Assembly (NCBI RefSeq): GCF_963921235.1
Contig: NC_086098.1
Span: forward strand, 3,286,001-3,350,000
Length of the DNA: 64,000 nt
From: Mobula hypostoma
Lineage: Eukaryota
Direction: 5' to 3'
Positions 25,720 to 39,667 of the stretch are shown here, piece after piece. Position numbers and translations under genes: made by a program. Under the pieces are notes generated by a model that was given only the letters and a program-made list of their open reading frames with translations, searched no databases and had not been told where the DNA came from. Position 1 is the stretch's first letter. Each line of letters begins with the position of its first letter.

Positions 25720-27430
25720 CTTTCAATGCGTACAATCTGAAAGCGAGGTAAGTGAGGAGGGGGTGCAGACATTTTGATAAGGGAGGATATAAAAGCAGTA
25801 CTGAGAGATTTTCCTGGGAGGGGATCATCCAGTGAGGCCATATAGTCTTTGGAGAACTCAGAAATGAGAAGGTGGCGGTCACTCTAGTAAGCACCCCAGA
25901 AGTCAGCAGGAACTTAAGAAGCAGGTGTATAGAGAAATTGCTCATACTTGTAAGAATAATGGGGTTGTATTTCTTGGAGATTTTAGCTTCCTCAGTATTG
26001 ATTGGATAACCCAAAGTGTTAAGGGCCTGGACGGAGTGGAATTTGTGAAATGTGTCCAGGAAAATGAAGCCATGGGAGCAGGTGGTGGATGGTTCTGTGA
26101 GTAACTGGTGCATATCACATGTCCTAGCTCTGTAACTACTGATGCCAGGCAAACATTCTCTGAAGAGTATTGATAATGGCTGGGGTCACCAATCTTGCAA
26201 AGATATTGGCCAGAAGGATTTGACAGGAACAATCATGGTCATTGACCGCGATCGCCCCTGACATCCGACATGGCACATAATGATTCAATGGTAATGTCCA
26301 GGTAAGTTTCATGAGTTAATGTGTAAAGGGTCCTACTTGAGAGGGTGTAATACTGGATGTACGCCTAGGGAATGAGGCAGGACAGGTTCCTGAAGACACA
26401 GTGAGGGAGGACTTTGGCTCTAGTGACTAAAATTCTATTAGCTTTAGGATAGTGAAGGAAACGGATAGGACAGGTCCACAGGATGAGCAAGGCTAATTTT
26501 AAAGAATAAGGCAGGATCAGGCAGAGGTTTATTTGGTGAGTCTGTTTGAAAGGAAATGAACAGATAGCGAGAAGTTTTTAAAAGCGTGATAGCAAGTGTC
26601 CAGGAGCAACATATTCCATTAGGGTGGAGAGTAAACCTGGCACAACGAATGCTGAGGCTTTGATCAAGAAAAAGCAGCAAACGTATACTGAGGCTATGAA
26701 GTCTGGATTGAGTGAATCCCTTGATGACTATAAAAAGAATATGCTTAAAAAGGTACTCAGAAGGCATGACGTACAAAATCCTGAAAGGTTCTATAGCTAC
26801 GTATATTAAAAGGGTGGCTAGGGAGACGGTAGCACCCCTTAGAGATCATCTTGAGCCACAGGAGATAGGTGGAATTTTTAACAAATATTTCTCCCCAGTG
26901 TTTACTGAGGAAGAAATCATGGTTGCTTAAGAGATAAGGGAAACAAATGGAGATGTTTTGGAGAACATCTATACTACCAGGGAAGAGGCATTTGCAATCC
27001 TACGGCACAATAAGATGAATAATTGACCAGGGCTTGACCAAATACAGCCTCAAACTTTATGGAAGGCAAGAGAAGAAATTGTGGAGGTCCTTGTGGAGAT
27101 ATCTGCTTCATTTTTAGCCACTAGTAGAGCTTCAGAAAACTGGAAGGAGACTAATATTGCTCTGTTGTTTCAGAAAGTATTAAGGTCATGCCAGGGAACT
27201 ACAGACTGCTCAGCCTGACATGGGGAAGTTCTGGAGGACATTCTGAGGGACAGGAGCTACCAGGCTTTGGAGGTGCATTCAGCATAACTGTGTGGAAAGT
27301 TGTGTAGATAAAACTTCCGGAGTCAAGGTAGATGAGGAAAAGCAGTGGATGTTGTCTGTTGGGACTTTAGCAAGGTCATTGACAAGTCCCTGCATGGTAA
27401 GCTGGCCTGGAAGACCAAGTACCAGGATCA
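25720..27430 (+). mobile_element. Old, heavily decayed CR1 (endonuclease to RT); resumes near 28780
   Basis: Remnants of GDFxFxxIDW, FNKYFSPVFTEE, NYRLLSLT and DFSKxxDKV. Confidence 0.7.
26067..26285 (+). mobile_element. RTE-related short element (same family as 29125-29310 and 33825-34217)
   Basis: Shared actgatgccaggca...gagtattgataatggctggggtcacc block and ggcacataatga end. Confidence 0.6.
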
Positions 27431-28775
27431 GAATTAGAATCAGGTTTATTATCACTGGCATGTGATGTGAAATGTGTTAACTTAGCAGCAGCAGTTCAAT
27501 GCAATACATAATCTAGCAGAGAGAAAAAATAATAGTAATAATAAATAAAATAAAAATGGTAATATTAATCATAAATAAACAAGTAAATCAATGGCATATA
27601 TTGAATAGATTTAAAAAACGTGCAAAAACAGAAATACTGTATATTAAAAAAAAGTGAGGTAGTGTCAAAGCTTCAATATCCATTTAGGAATTGAATGGCA
27701 GAGGGGAAGAAGCTGTTCCTGAATCACTGAGTGTGTGCCTTCAGGCTTCTGTACCTCCTACCTAATGGTAACAGTGAGAAAAGGACATGCCCTGGGTGCT
27801 GGAGGTCCTTAATAATGGACGCTGCCTTTCTGAGACACTGCTTCCTAAAGATGTCCTGGGTACTTTGTTGGCTAGTATCTAAGATTGAGCTGACTAGATT
27901 TATAACCTTCTGCAGCTTCTTTCGGTCCTGTGCAGTAGCCCCACCATACCAGACATTGATGCAGCCTGTCAGAATGCTCTCCACAGTACAACTATAGAAG
28001 ACTTTGAGTGTATTTGTTGACATGCCAAATCCCTTCAAACTCCTAATAAAGTATAGCCACTGTCTTGCCTTCTTTATAACTACATTGATATATTGGGACC
28101 AGGTTAGATCCTCAGAGATCTTGACACCCAGGAACTTGAAGCTGCTCACTCTCTCCACTTCTGATCCCTCTATGAGGATTGCTATGTGTTCCTTTGTCCT
28201 ACCCTTCCTGAAGTCCACAATCAGCTGTTTCATCTTACTGACGTTGAGTGCCAGGTTGTTGCTGTGGCACCACTCCACTAGCAGGCATATCTCACTCCTG
28301 TACATCCTCTCGTCACCACCTGAGTTTCTACCCACAGTGGTTATATCATCAGCAAATTTATGGATGGTATTTGAGCTATGCCTAGCCACACAGTCATGTG
28401 TTTATAGACAGTAGAGCAGTGGGCTAAGCACAGCAAGCTGCGTCAGTGAGGAGGAGATGTTATCACCAATCTGCACAGATTTTGGTCTTCTGGTTAGGAA
28501 GTCAAGTATCCAATTGCAGAGGGAAGTACAGAGCCCCAGGTTCTGCAACTTCTCAGTCAGGATTGTGGGAATGATGATATTAAATGCTGAGCTACAGTCG
28601 ATGAACAGCATCCTGACATAGGTGTTTGTGTTGTCCAGGTGGTCTAAAGCTGTGTGAAGAGCCATTGAGGTTGCATCTGCCGTTGATCTATTGTGGTGAA
28701 CGGTAAACTGCAATGGGTCCAGGTCCTTGCTGAGGCAGGAGTTCAGTCTAGACTTGACCAACCTTTCAAAGCATC
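27430..28775 (-). mobile_element. Rex1/Babar LINE, 5'-truncated, nested in old CR1
   Basis: ORFs 28402..28761 ([26 protein letters not shown]) and 27724..28389 (KFADD-like, LNVSK, ESILTGCI.VWYG); (TTCTGA)n tail. Confidence 0.92.
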
Positions 28776-28899
28776 AAATCCAAAGAGAGCTACTGTAGTT
28801 AGGTGGATTCAAAAATGGCTTGGAGATATGAAGCATGCTTGTTGAAAGTTGTTTCTTGGAATAATGGCCACTGACAAGTGGTGTGCCACAGGGGTACAC

Positions 28900-30060
28900 A
28901 TAAAAAATGAAATCAAATCTTTAGAAGGAGATGCATAGGATCGAAAGATATAGAATCCTCGTGGATAGAGTTAAGAAACTGCAAGGGTAAAAAGACCCTG
29001 ATGAGAGTTATACAGAGACCTCTGAGCAGTTTCCAGGATGTAGGCTACAAATTCCAATGGGAGATAGAAAATGCATGTCAAATGGCAATATTACAATAGC
29101 CATAGGCAACTTCAATATCCAACCACTGATGCCAGGCAGACAATCTTTGAGGAGTATTAATAATGGCTGGGGTCACCCATCTTGTCAAGTTAGTGCCAAG
29201 AAGAAAAAAGCAATGGCAAACCACTTCTGTAAAGAAATTTGCCAAGAACAATCATGGTCAAAGACCATGATCACTCATGTCATACAACACAGTACATAAT
29301 GATGATGATGTGGTTGTGTCCACTTAGGGAATGACAATTCTGGATTGGGTGTTATGTAATGAACTAGATTTGAATAGGAAGCTGAAGGCAAAGGAACATT
29401 TAGGAGGCAGTGATCATAATATGATAGAATTAGAGAGAGAGAATCTTAAGTCAGATGTATCAATGGTAGAGTAAAGGGAATAGAAATGGCTAGTGTTTCT
29501 AGGGGAAATTTGGAAGGTGTTAGGAAAAATACATCTCAAAGATGAAAAAGAATTCTAAAGGCAAGATGACGCAACTGCGGTTGTCAAGGGGAGTCGAAGA
29601 CAGCATAAAAGCAAAAGGGAGGGCATATCATAGAGTAAAAAGTAGGTTAGAAAATTAGGAAGATTTTTAAAAACCAACAAAAGGCAACTAAAAGGCCATA
29701 AAGAGATAAAAGATTTAATATGAAGATAAGCCAGACAATAATATAAAAAGTTTTTTTTTTCAAATACACAGTTTAAGGAGTAAAAAAGAGAAGAGAGAGG
29801 ATATTAGATTGCCAAAAAATGACAATGAAGAGGTAGGAATGAGGGGACGAAGGAATGGCAAAGAAAGTTATTAAGTATTTTGCTACAGTGTTCAATGTGG
29901 GTGATGCTAGCAGAAAGCCAGAAATGCACATTTTTCTTCTTGAGATATTGTACGTGTTGCTTACTTCAATGTACTCGTGATAATTTTGGACAATAATAAT
30001 AAAAAGATTTGAAAGGAAAAAAAGAGAAATGCATAAATGTCAGTGGGCAGACGTGAGTGT
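28900..30060 (+). mobile_element. Decayed CR1 endonuclease region containing an RTE-related short element (29125-29310)
   Basis: HLGGSDHNMIE and KYFATVFNV remnants; aagcaatggcaaaccacttctg and (TGA)n in the nested element. Confidence 0.7.
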
Positions 30061-30099
30061 CATTGCTCACTTCTGCCCCCTGAGGCATAATGCCTCACA

Positions 30100-30425
30100 T
30101 ATGTTTTTCCACTGGTAGATGAGACTAGAACTAGATCTGGGGAAGTAAAATTTAGGACAGAGATGAGGAGGAACTGCTTTTCCCAAATAGTGGTGGATCT
30201 CTGGAATTCTCTTCTCAACAAAGCAGTGGAAGCTACCTCAGTAACTATATTTAAGACAAGTTTGGATAGATTTTTGCACAGTAGGGGAATTAAGGGTTAT
30301 GGGTAAACGGCAGGTAGGTGGAGATGAGTCCATGGTCAGATCAGCCATGATCTTATTGAATGGCAGAGCAGGCTCGATGGGCCAGATGGCCGACTCCTGC
30401 TCCTATTTCTTATGTTCTTATGTTT
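30100..30425 (+). mobile_element. CR1 3' fragment
   Basis: Same subfamily as 43290-45053 and 8246-8767; (TTCTTATG)n tail. Confidence 0.85.
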
Positions 30426-31599
30426 TATCAACCTCTGCTGAAAATATATATAAGGATTTGGCCTGTGAGAAAGAATTCCACAGATTCACCACTCTCTGGC
30501 TAAAGAAGTTCCTCCTAACCTCTGTTCTAAAAGGACGCCCTCTAAGCTGAGGCTGTGGCCTCTAGTCTAAGACTCTCCCACCGTAGGAAACATCCTCTCC
30601 ACATCCACTCTATCAAGGCCTTTCACCATTCACTAGATGAAATAGGTAAGTAGGCCAATGAGTGGCATATGGATTGCAATGCAGTTTAGAAAGTCAAACC
30701 AGTGTATGACTTGCACTACGAATGGGAGAGCATGAGCAAGTGCAGTGGAGTAGTGAGACTTCGGAGTACAAGTGGACAGGTCAATGAAATTGGCATCACA
30801 GGTAGACAGGTGGTGAAAATGGCATTTATCATGCTGGCATTCACCAGTCAGGTCATTGAGTATAGGAGTTGAGACATTATGCTGCAATTTTATATGTTAT
30901 TGTTGAAGTAGTCCTGATGAAGTGACTCAGCTCGAAACGTCAACTGTTTATTTATTTCCATAGATGTTGCCTGATCCACTGAGCTCTTCCAGCATTTTGT
31001 GTGTATGAACAGTTTTTCTAACCTGTTATAGGAACAAATGAGGTTAAACTGGAAAGATGGCAGGAAAGATTCATGAGGATCTTGGCCAGTACTAAAGGCC
31101 CTGAGTTGTAGACAGACATTGCCCAGGCTAGATCTTTATTTCTTGGAACGTAAGAAAATGAGGCATAATCTTTTAGAAATGTTTAAAATTCAGGAAGGAG
31201 GTGCAGAATGCTGAAGGCACACACTCAACAATTCAGGAACAGACAATGCTCCGTGTGGATATAGCCTTACCCAGGCCATATCCACTACTTTTTGTAGGAT
31301 TGTCCATGTATGCTAGAGCATTGGTGTTTCCACACCAGGCTGTGATGCAGCCAGTCAATATATCCTGCACCACACATCTACAAAGTTTTAGATATCATGC
31401 TGAATCTCAGATGCTGGACATCTAGAACAACACACACAAAATGCTGTAGGAGCTCAGCAGGTCAAGCAACATCTACGGAAATGAATAAACAGTTCACTTC
31501 TCAGGCCGAGACCCTTCATCAGAACTGATGAAAAAATCACTGGGAAAAAAAATAGGTTGGGTAGGCTGGTCAAAGGTGTGATATTAGTTAACAAACTTA

Positions 31600-31990
31600 T
31601 TAAATTATCATTGGAGACTGATTTGCAGTGTAAATTTGGAGAGAACTCAAAGAGAGAAGGGAAAAGTTTCAGTAGCAAACATTTGGCACAGCTCAGCACA
31701 TCACAATGATCAGACTGCCGTAGAATTGTTTAGCCAACTACAAGCTGCCAGAAATCAGAGAGTTGTAATCGTGGGCGATTTCAATTACCCAGCAATTAAG
31801 TGGACAGAACCACAGCTCCCTCAAGGGAAAGAAAAAAGTAGAAGCACATTTATTGCAGTAATTAGAAACTGCTTCTTGTCACAACATGTGAATTGGTGCT
31901 CCAGAGCTGATATTATATTAGATTTAAATGTTCATGGGCAAAAATTACACAGCACAAAGAAATGATCATAATTCACTTACAACTCAGACA
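31600..31990 (+). mobile_element. Ancient CR1-type endonuclease fragment
   Basis: RVVIVGDFNYPAIKW...CFLSQHV...RADIILDL. Confidence 0.7.
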
Positions 31991-33824
31991 ATTATGTGAA
32001 ATAGCCTAATATGATAACAAGAAAAGCTGGGCCACACTTAAACAAAAACAGAAGTTTACACAATGATCCAAAAACAGATATCCAACTGCATAATTTCTTG
32101 AATGTCAAAGTAATACTTACTACATGTTCCAGAACAGAGAAGTCTACAGAAAGTGGTGGACATAGCCCAGTGCATCACAGGCAAAATGTTCCCCACCATT
32201 GAGCACATCTACAAGGAGCACTGTCACAGGGAGACAGCATCTATCATCAAAACCTCCGCGATCCATACCGTGCTCCCTTCTCCTTGCTATCATCAGGTAG
32301 GAGCTGCAGAAACCTCAGTTCTCACACCACCAGGTAGTTAGTATAAGGTGACATATATTTTGACTTTCTTTCATGTAAATATAATGCTAGTATTGTAGTT
32401 GAAACAGATTCTAAATTTGAAGCAACATATAAAGCAAAGCCTATAAAATTAATGCTGGGGTCAAAAGAAGAGAGGGTGAATACTCCAACAAATACTCACA
32501 AGACTCCTGCCACCTAAATTCTTAGATGATTCACAGCTTTGAATTCTCTGTCATCAGCCCCCACCATTGCAGCACTGGTGACCAACGTTCGCCCAAGGCA
32601 TTTCACCTCATCTTCCAGCTGACCAGGCTTCACACCTGGGATCCTAATTTTTAACTTAATAATGCCAGGTAACTACCCCGCTTTTTCCCAGCTCCACAAA
32701 TGTTACCGTTACGTACAGTATCTGTTTCTTTTTCCCTAACTAGGAGGCAGTTAAGGGATATTTGAGTAAGTACATGGCTGGGAGGCAAAAGGAGGGCTAT
32801 GATCCATCTGTGGATCAAGGGAACTAGGCAAAATAGTAGTCTGCCACAGACTAGACAGGTAGAAGGGCCTGTTTATATGTTATAAATTGTCTATGACTCT
32901 GTAAGTCTCTTCTTTCTCTAAATTCCAATTTAAAAGCCTTTGTTACCATGATGACATTGGTCTGCACCTCACTAAGGACATAAGTTATCCAAAATGGAAA
33001 TAGGGCCTTCAGCCCAATTGCAACCAAGATGCACATCTAAGTTAGTCCATTTGCCAGTGTGTGACACATAACCTTCTAAATATTTCCGATCCATCTCTCT
33101 GCCAACAGTCCTTTAAAAATTGCTGTTGTACCTGCCTCAACCAGTTACTCTAATATGCAACGAGCTTTTCACTGTATCTTCAAACTTCAAAGTAAATTTA
33201 TTAAAAAGTACATTAATGTCACCATATAGGGCCATAGAAAAGTACAGCACAGAAACAGGCCCTTTGGCCCATCTAGTCTGTGCTGTACCATTTAAACTGC
33301 CTACTCATATCGACCTGCATCGGGACCATAGCCCTCCATGCCTCTATCATCCATGTACCGATCCAAACTTCTCTTAAACATTGAAATCGAGCTTCCATGC
33401 ACCAACTTACGCTGGCAGCTCGTTCCATGCTCTCACAGGGTGAAGAAGTTTCCCCTCATGTGCTCCTTAAACTTTTCACCTTCCACCCTTAACCAATGAC
33501 CTCTAGTTGTAATCGGGGTAGATGCACTATCCTGAGATTCAATTTTCTTGTGGGCATTCACCGTAAATGCAAAGTAACAATGAAAAACTACTTTTCATGG
33601 TCTTGATATTTATTGTTTATTTATTTATGTGCTTTACACCCTGGTTTGAAGAAACGATGTCTCATTTCTATATATATTATATGGTTATATATATTGTATA
33701 GTTAAATGACAATAAACTTGACTTGACTTGATTAGGCTGCAATGCTGTGTAATGGTACAGAGAAACCTGGGAGTCCAAGTGCATCAATTATTGAAAGTCA
33801 CATTACAAGCAGACGGTCATTTGA

Positions 33825-34217
33825 TAGGTGCCGTATCATATGATATAGGCAATGATGGTCCATCCACGACCATGACTGCTCTTGGCAAATTTTTCCACAG
33901 AAGTGGTTTGCCATTGCTTTTTTCTGGGTAGTGTCTTTACAAGACGGGTGACCCCAGCCATTATCAATACTCTTCAGAGATTGTCTGCCTGGTGTCAGTG
34001 ATGGCATAACCAGAAATTGTGATCTGCACCGGCTGCTCATACGACCATCCACCACCTGCTCTCATGGCTTCACGTGATGCTGACTGAGGCTGGGGTTGGT
34101 GGGGGGGCCTACTAAGCAGGTGCTACTTCTTGTCCATGGGTGACCTGCAGTGTAGAGGAGGGAATGAGTGCCTTACACCTCCTTTGGTAGAGACGAATCT
34201 CCATGCTGCCACCCAAC
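33825..34217 (-). mobile_element. RTE-related short element, longest copy in the window
   Basis: Minus strand aaagcaatggcaaaccacttctg...tttgccaaga resembles the RTE/Bov-A-type 5'UTR motif. Confidence 0.6.
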
Positions 34218-35770
34218 ACAGGTACTTAGCACACTGACCCTCATGAGTGAGAGCATTAAGTATTGGAGTTGGGACATCGTGTTGCAGTTGTACAAGTTGT
34301 TAGTTTGGCTACATACAGAGCATAGTGTACAGTGTTGATCATACTGTTATAGAAACAATGATTTAAATTGGAAAGAGTACAGAAAAGATTTACAAGGATG
34401 TGTCCAGGACTGGAAAGCCTGAGTTATTGGGAGAGCTTGTCCAGGCTAGGTTTTTATTCCTTAGATTATCAGAGAATGAGGGATTCACTTACTGAGATGT
34501 TTAAAATTACCTCAGGCATTGATAAGGTGGATGGCAACCGTCTCTTCCCCAGGGTAGGGGAGTCCATAATTGGAGGGGGTGGGGTACACAGATTTATGAA
34601 GTGGGAAAAATATAAAAGAGACCTAAGACCATAAGATATAGGAGCAGAATTGGGCCATTTGGCCCATCAAGATTGCTCCACTATTTCATCATGGCTGATC
34701 CATTTTCCCTCTCAGTCCTAATCTCCTGCCTTCTCCCCACTTCGTGCTCTGACCATTCAAGAATCTATCAACCTCTGCCTCAAATGTAGGAAAAGACTTG
34801 GCCACCACTGCTGCCTGTGACAACAAATTCCACAGAATCACTACTCTCGGGCTAGAGAAGTTCCTCATCTCCTTTCAAAAAGGACTGTTCTGAGGCTGTG
34901 TCCTCCACCAGAGGAAACATCCCCTCCACATCCACTCCATCAAGGCCTTTGAAAAACAACTTATTTCACAGAGAATAGTGGATATATGGAACGAGCTGCC
35001 AGATGAAGTGAATAAGGCAGGAACATTAGTATCATTTAAGAAGTACTTAGACAGGTAGATCAAGGTATGGGCTGTATGCAGGAAATTCGGACCTCCTGAG
35101 TTGGCACCATGGTTGGCACAGACTGGATGGGCCAAAGGGCCTGTATCCACGTGTCTTGCTCTGTGAACTTAATTGCAAATTTAAAATATAATAACACTTC
35201 TTCAGTAAGAAAATCTGCTCAGAATTATACTCCGACTGTCAAATATTCCAGTGTTTAGATCACATCATTGATTATAAATGCAATCAAAATTTTGAATTTG
35301 CCATTTATCTGTCAGCTTCTTAAATTCAACCTCGAATAAGTGATCACTGGAACTTCAGAATGCAGATGGATACGTTTAAATAATAGAAAAAATTACAAAG
35401 AATCGTTTTGTTTTTAACATGGACCCATTTGAAGCAAAACTTTCATTCACACGAAACAATATTTGGTGTTAATGGGGGCCATGGAGTACATATTTGAAAG
35501 CAAGTTTCAAATCCTCGTGGGGGAATGGAAATCAGTATCTGAAACTGTATAAAATAATTAAATGCAAGCCTTGTAAGCACCCAAGTGGTTAAAAAGCCTG
35601 CAGTCTTTCAGATGACAGACAGTGTGTTCAGACATGTTTCTGCAAACAGCCTGTGAAACCACCTCAGTTTAATTACAATTAGATGCCTACTGAATGCCCA
35701 ATGCAGAGCTGAGTAATCGTTTTAGCTCTGACAGCTCGAAGATGCATCGCTTCACTGGAACTGTGGTACT

Positions 35771-36060
35771 CACTGAGGTTAGTCCTGTCACTGAACATGG
35801 GGATTGCAGTAATCACTGAGGTGAGTCCCATTACTCCGCATTGGGGTAGAACTATTCACTGAGCCTAGGCCCACCACTCCACGCTGAGAGTGTGAATCGC
35901 TGAGGTTAGTCCCACCACTCCACAGCGAGATCACTATGCTCACTGAAGCTTGGTCTACCATTCTACACTGAGAATGAGGTACTTATCACGATTATTCCCA
36001 TCACTCCATGCTGGTTCTACAGCACTTCCAATGGTTAGTCCCACACGACATACTGAGTTT
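35771..36060. repeat. Old degenerate minisatellite, unit about 43 bp, 5-7 copies
   Basis: cactgag..agtccc..cactcc recurs at 35771, 35814, 35857, 35898 and 35941. Confidence 0.7.
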
Positions 36061-36089
36061 TCACTACAGACAGAGAACGTTCCCGAGGA

Positions 36090-36670
36090 AGCATCTGCAG
36101 AAACTCCCACTCCCATTCCGACATGTCCGTCCGTGGTTTCCTCTACTGCCATGCTTGGATGAAGGAGAAACACCTCAAATTCCACCTGGGTAGCCTCCAA
36201 CCTAATGGCATGATCATCAATTTACCAACTTCAGTTTTCTCCCACCTCCCTCTTCTCAATTTTGCAATTCCCCGTTCTGGTTCCTCTCTCATCCTTCACT
36301 TCTCACCTGCCCATCACCACACTCTGGTTGCCCTCCTCCTTCCCTTTCTCCCAAGGTCCACTGTCCTTTCCTATCTGATTCCTCCCTCTTCAACCCTTTA
36401 CCCTTTCCACTTTTCACCTCCCAACATCTTACTTCATCCTCCTCCCCCACCCACTCTTACCTGTCACCTGCCCACTTGTACTCCTTCCCTCTCAACACCC
36501 TTTTCTTCCGGCTTCTCCCCCTTCCTTTTCTGTCCTGATGAGGGGTTTCGGCCCAAAACAGCGACTGTTTATTCCTCTCCATAGATAACTGCCAAGTTGC
36601 TAAGTTCCTCCAGCATTTTGTGTGAGTTGCTCAAGGATTCAGTCACCTGCTGAATTTCATGTGTTTATGA
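36090..36670 (+). mobile_element. Penelope-like element 3' end (GIY-YIG C-terminus, 3' region, pLTR)
   Basis: HSHSDMSVRGFLYCH...EKHLKFHLGSLQPNGM; pyrimidine tract; CTGATGA motif at 36535. Confidence 0.8.
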
Positions 36671-37592
36671 TTTACAGAATCTCTTCATGTACCACCAGGC
36701 TCAAGGACAGATTCTTGAACAGACTGTAAGATGACTCTTGACCTCACAATATCCCTCATTATGATCTTGCCCATTACTGTTTACCTGCACTTTCTCTGTG
36801 ACTGTTAAACGTTATTCTGCATTTATTGTTTTACTTTGTCCCACCTCAATGCACGGTGTAATGATCTGGTCTATATGAATAATATCCTTTTCATCGTACC
36901 TTGCTATATATATCAATAATAAACCAATATTTCTATCACTTTACACAGGCAACTTAGTGGCCATAAACCTCCATTAGACTCAGAATAGAGGGATGTCCAT
37001 AGAAAAGAGCGATGAGCAGGAATTTCTTTAGCCAGAGGTGTAGTCAATCTGTACAAATCATTGCCACAGATGGTTGTGGAGACCAGGTCTTTGGGTATAT
37101 TTAAAATGGAGATTGATAGGTTCTTGAATCATGAAAAGTTACAGGGAGAAGACAGGGTAATGGGTTGAGAGGGAAACTATACCAGCATGGTGAAATGGTA
37201 GAGTAGAGAGTAGACTCGATGGGCCAAATGGGCCAATTCTGCTCCTATGTCTTGTAGTCACATGCAGCTGACTGACATCTTTGCTGCTGGGGACAGTGCA
37301 AATATTAATATCCATACTTTAACTCCAAACTCACTGGAGTTACTCCTGTCAAATCACATTGTGGAGAGCATTCTAACTGGCTGCATCAGCGGTGGGACTG
37401 GTGGGGTGCGGCTACTGCACAGGACTGAAATAAGCTGCAGAAAGTTGTGAACTCATTCAGTTCATCACCGGCACGAGCTTCCGCAGCATCCAGGACATCT
37501 TCAAAAGGTGAGCCATAAAAAGGAGGCATCTAGTCTGAAGACACACAGTCAATGATTCAGGAACAGCTTCTTCCACTGTTTATGTATATATA

Positions 37593-37662
37593 TGAGAGAG
37601 AGAGTGCGAGAGAGACAGACAGACACAGACAGAGACAGACAGAGAGACAGAGACAGACAGAC
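37593..37662. repeat. (GA)/(GACA) compound microsatellite
   Basis: Direct reading. Confidence 0.9.
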
Positions 37663-38081
37663 ACTGTACCACTGCCACATAACAACAAATTTCACAGCAT
37701 ATGCCAGTGATATTAAGCCCCACTGTCATTTGTACTCACTCTGGTTGGTCCCATCACTCCACACTGGAACTGGTGCCCGGTTGTATCTGTGGTAGAACTT
37801 CTGCCACTCCACCCACTTCAGCTGTTGCAAAAAGAAAAATAATGCCCTTTAATAACAACGTATCACTTTTTTTACTGCAGAGTCCTTTTGTTAAAATTAT
37901 CAATTCAACCTTTATGGAATCATATAATTGATAAATTCATTAAAATAATTGATCATCTCTTTAGGCAGTTAATGGGTATTGGAAAAAGTGAAAATCATTG
38001 TCATTCTCTTCCACATCTTCCGAGATATTACCAAAGCATCACCTTTTCTGCTGACCGGACAGTTCATTATAGTTTTGTATA

Positions 38082-38341
38082 AAGGCATCCGTTAGTGTTG
38101 CAAGACCATGGATCTGCATACTTTCCAGGGTGCAGGCCTGGGCAAGGTCATATGGAAGACCAGCAGTTGCCTATGCTGCCCCTCTCCACGACTCCGATGT
38201 TGTCCAAGGGAAGGGCAAGGGCCGATAGTGTGGTTAAGTGCCTTGCTCAAGGACACAACACACTGCCTCGGTTGGGGATCAAACTCACGACCTTCAGATC
38301 GCTAGTCCAATGCCTTAACCACTTGGTCACGTGCCCAGCAC
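38082..38341 (-). mobile_element. tRNA-derived SINE (second family) with 11-bp TSD
   Basis: Pol III A box (TGACCAAGTGG) and B-box-like head; AGTTTTGTATA at 38071-38081 and 38342-38352. Confidence 0.85.
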
Positions 38342-38359
38342 AGTTTTGTATATAGCAAA

Positions 38360-38900
38360 CAATATTCCAAATTAGGCCTCACCAACATCTTTCCAACTTC
38401 AGCATAACATCCCATGTCCTGTACTCAGTACATTGATTTATGAAGGCCAATGTGCCAAAAGCTTTCTCGCCACCTTCAATGAATTATGTACCTGTATTCC
38501 CAGATCACTTTGTTCTACCACACTCCTCCATGCCCTACCATTCACTGTGTAAGACCTACCCTGGTTGGTCCTATCAAATGCAAAACCTCCCACTTGTCCG
38601 CATTAAATTCCATCTGCCATTTTTCAGCCCATTTTTCCAGCGGATGCAGATCCCTCTGCAATCCATGATAGCCTTCCTCACTGTCCACTACACCCCCAAC
38701 CTTGGTATCATCCGCAAACTTGCTGATCCAGTTAACCACTTTATCATCCAGATCATTGATACAGATGATAAACAGCAATGGACCCAGCACTCCACTAGTC
38801 ACAGGCATCCAGTCAGAGAGACAACATCTACTGCCAATCTCTGGCTTCTCCCACAAAGCCAAAGTCTAATCCAATTTACTAGCTCATCCTGAATGCCATG
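38360..38900 (-). mobile_element. CR1 RT fragment
   Basis: ORF 38542..38862 (INDLDD..KFADDTK..KWQMEFN). Confidence 0.88.
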
Positions 38901-39094
38901 TATATTTATAGTATATTTAATGTATTGCACTGTAATTCTCAACGTCCCAACAGATTTTACAAACTGACTCTCAAATCCACGTTGACAAACATAGTACATT
39001 GCAAAAGTTTTAGGTACCCTCGTTCTATATTATCTATATTATATACAAAGGTTTGTGGGGCATACGGCCAGTTTCTGCAGTCGTCGAAAACACA

Positions 39095-39650
39095 AGGCCA
39101 TAAGGCATGGGAGCAGATTTAGGCCATTCAGCCCAACTCCACTATTTCATCCTACCTAGTCCATTTCCCTCTCAACTTACTCTCCTGCCTTCTCCCTGTA
39201 GCCTTTCATGCCCTGACTAATCAAGAATCTATCACCTCTGTGGTAAATATACCCAATGACCTGGTCTCTACAGCCACCTGTGGCAAAAAAATTCACAGAT
39301 TCACCAACTAAAGAAATTCCACCTCATCTCCATTCTAAATGTTCGTCCCTTTATTCTGAAACTGTGCCCTCCGGTCTTCAACTTCACCACCATAGGAAAC
39401 ATCCTCTCCACATCCACTCTATCTAGGCCTTTCAGCATTCAATAGGTTTCAATGAGATACTCCTTCATTCCTCTAAATTCCAGCAATACAGGCCCAGAGC
39501 CATCAAATGCTCCTCATACAATAAGCCTTTCATTGCTGGAATCATTCTCGTGATGCTCCTCTGAACCCTCTCTGATATCAGCACATCATTTCTTAGATAA
39601 GAGGCCCAAAACTGTTTACAATTCTCCACATGCCTCACTAGTGCCTTACA
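39095..39650 (-). mobile_element. CR1 3' fragment
   Basis: ORF 39465..39710 C-terminal part; tail at the left end. Confidence 0.8.
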
Positions 39651-39667
39651 AAACCTCGCTTTACAGA

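Noticed and set aside
33880..34217. HDV-like ribozyme in the RTE-derived element
   Set aside because: The nested double pseudoknot could not be built by eye; it needs a structure-descriptor search.
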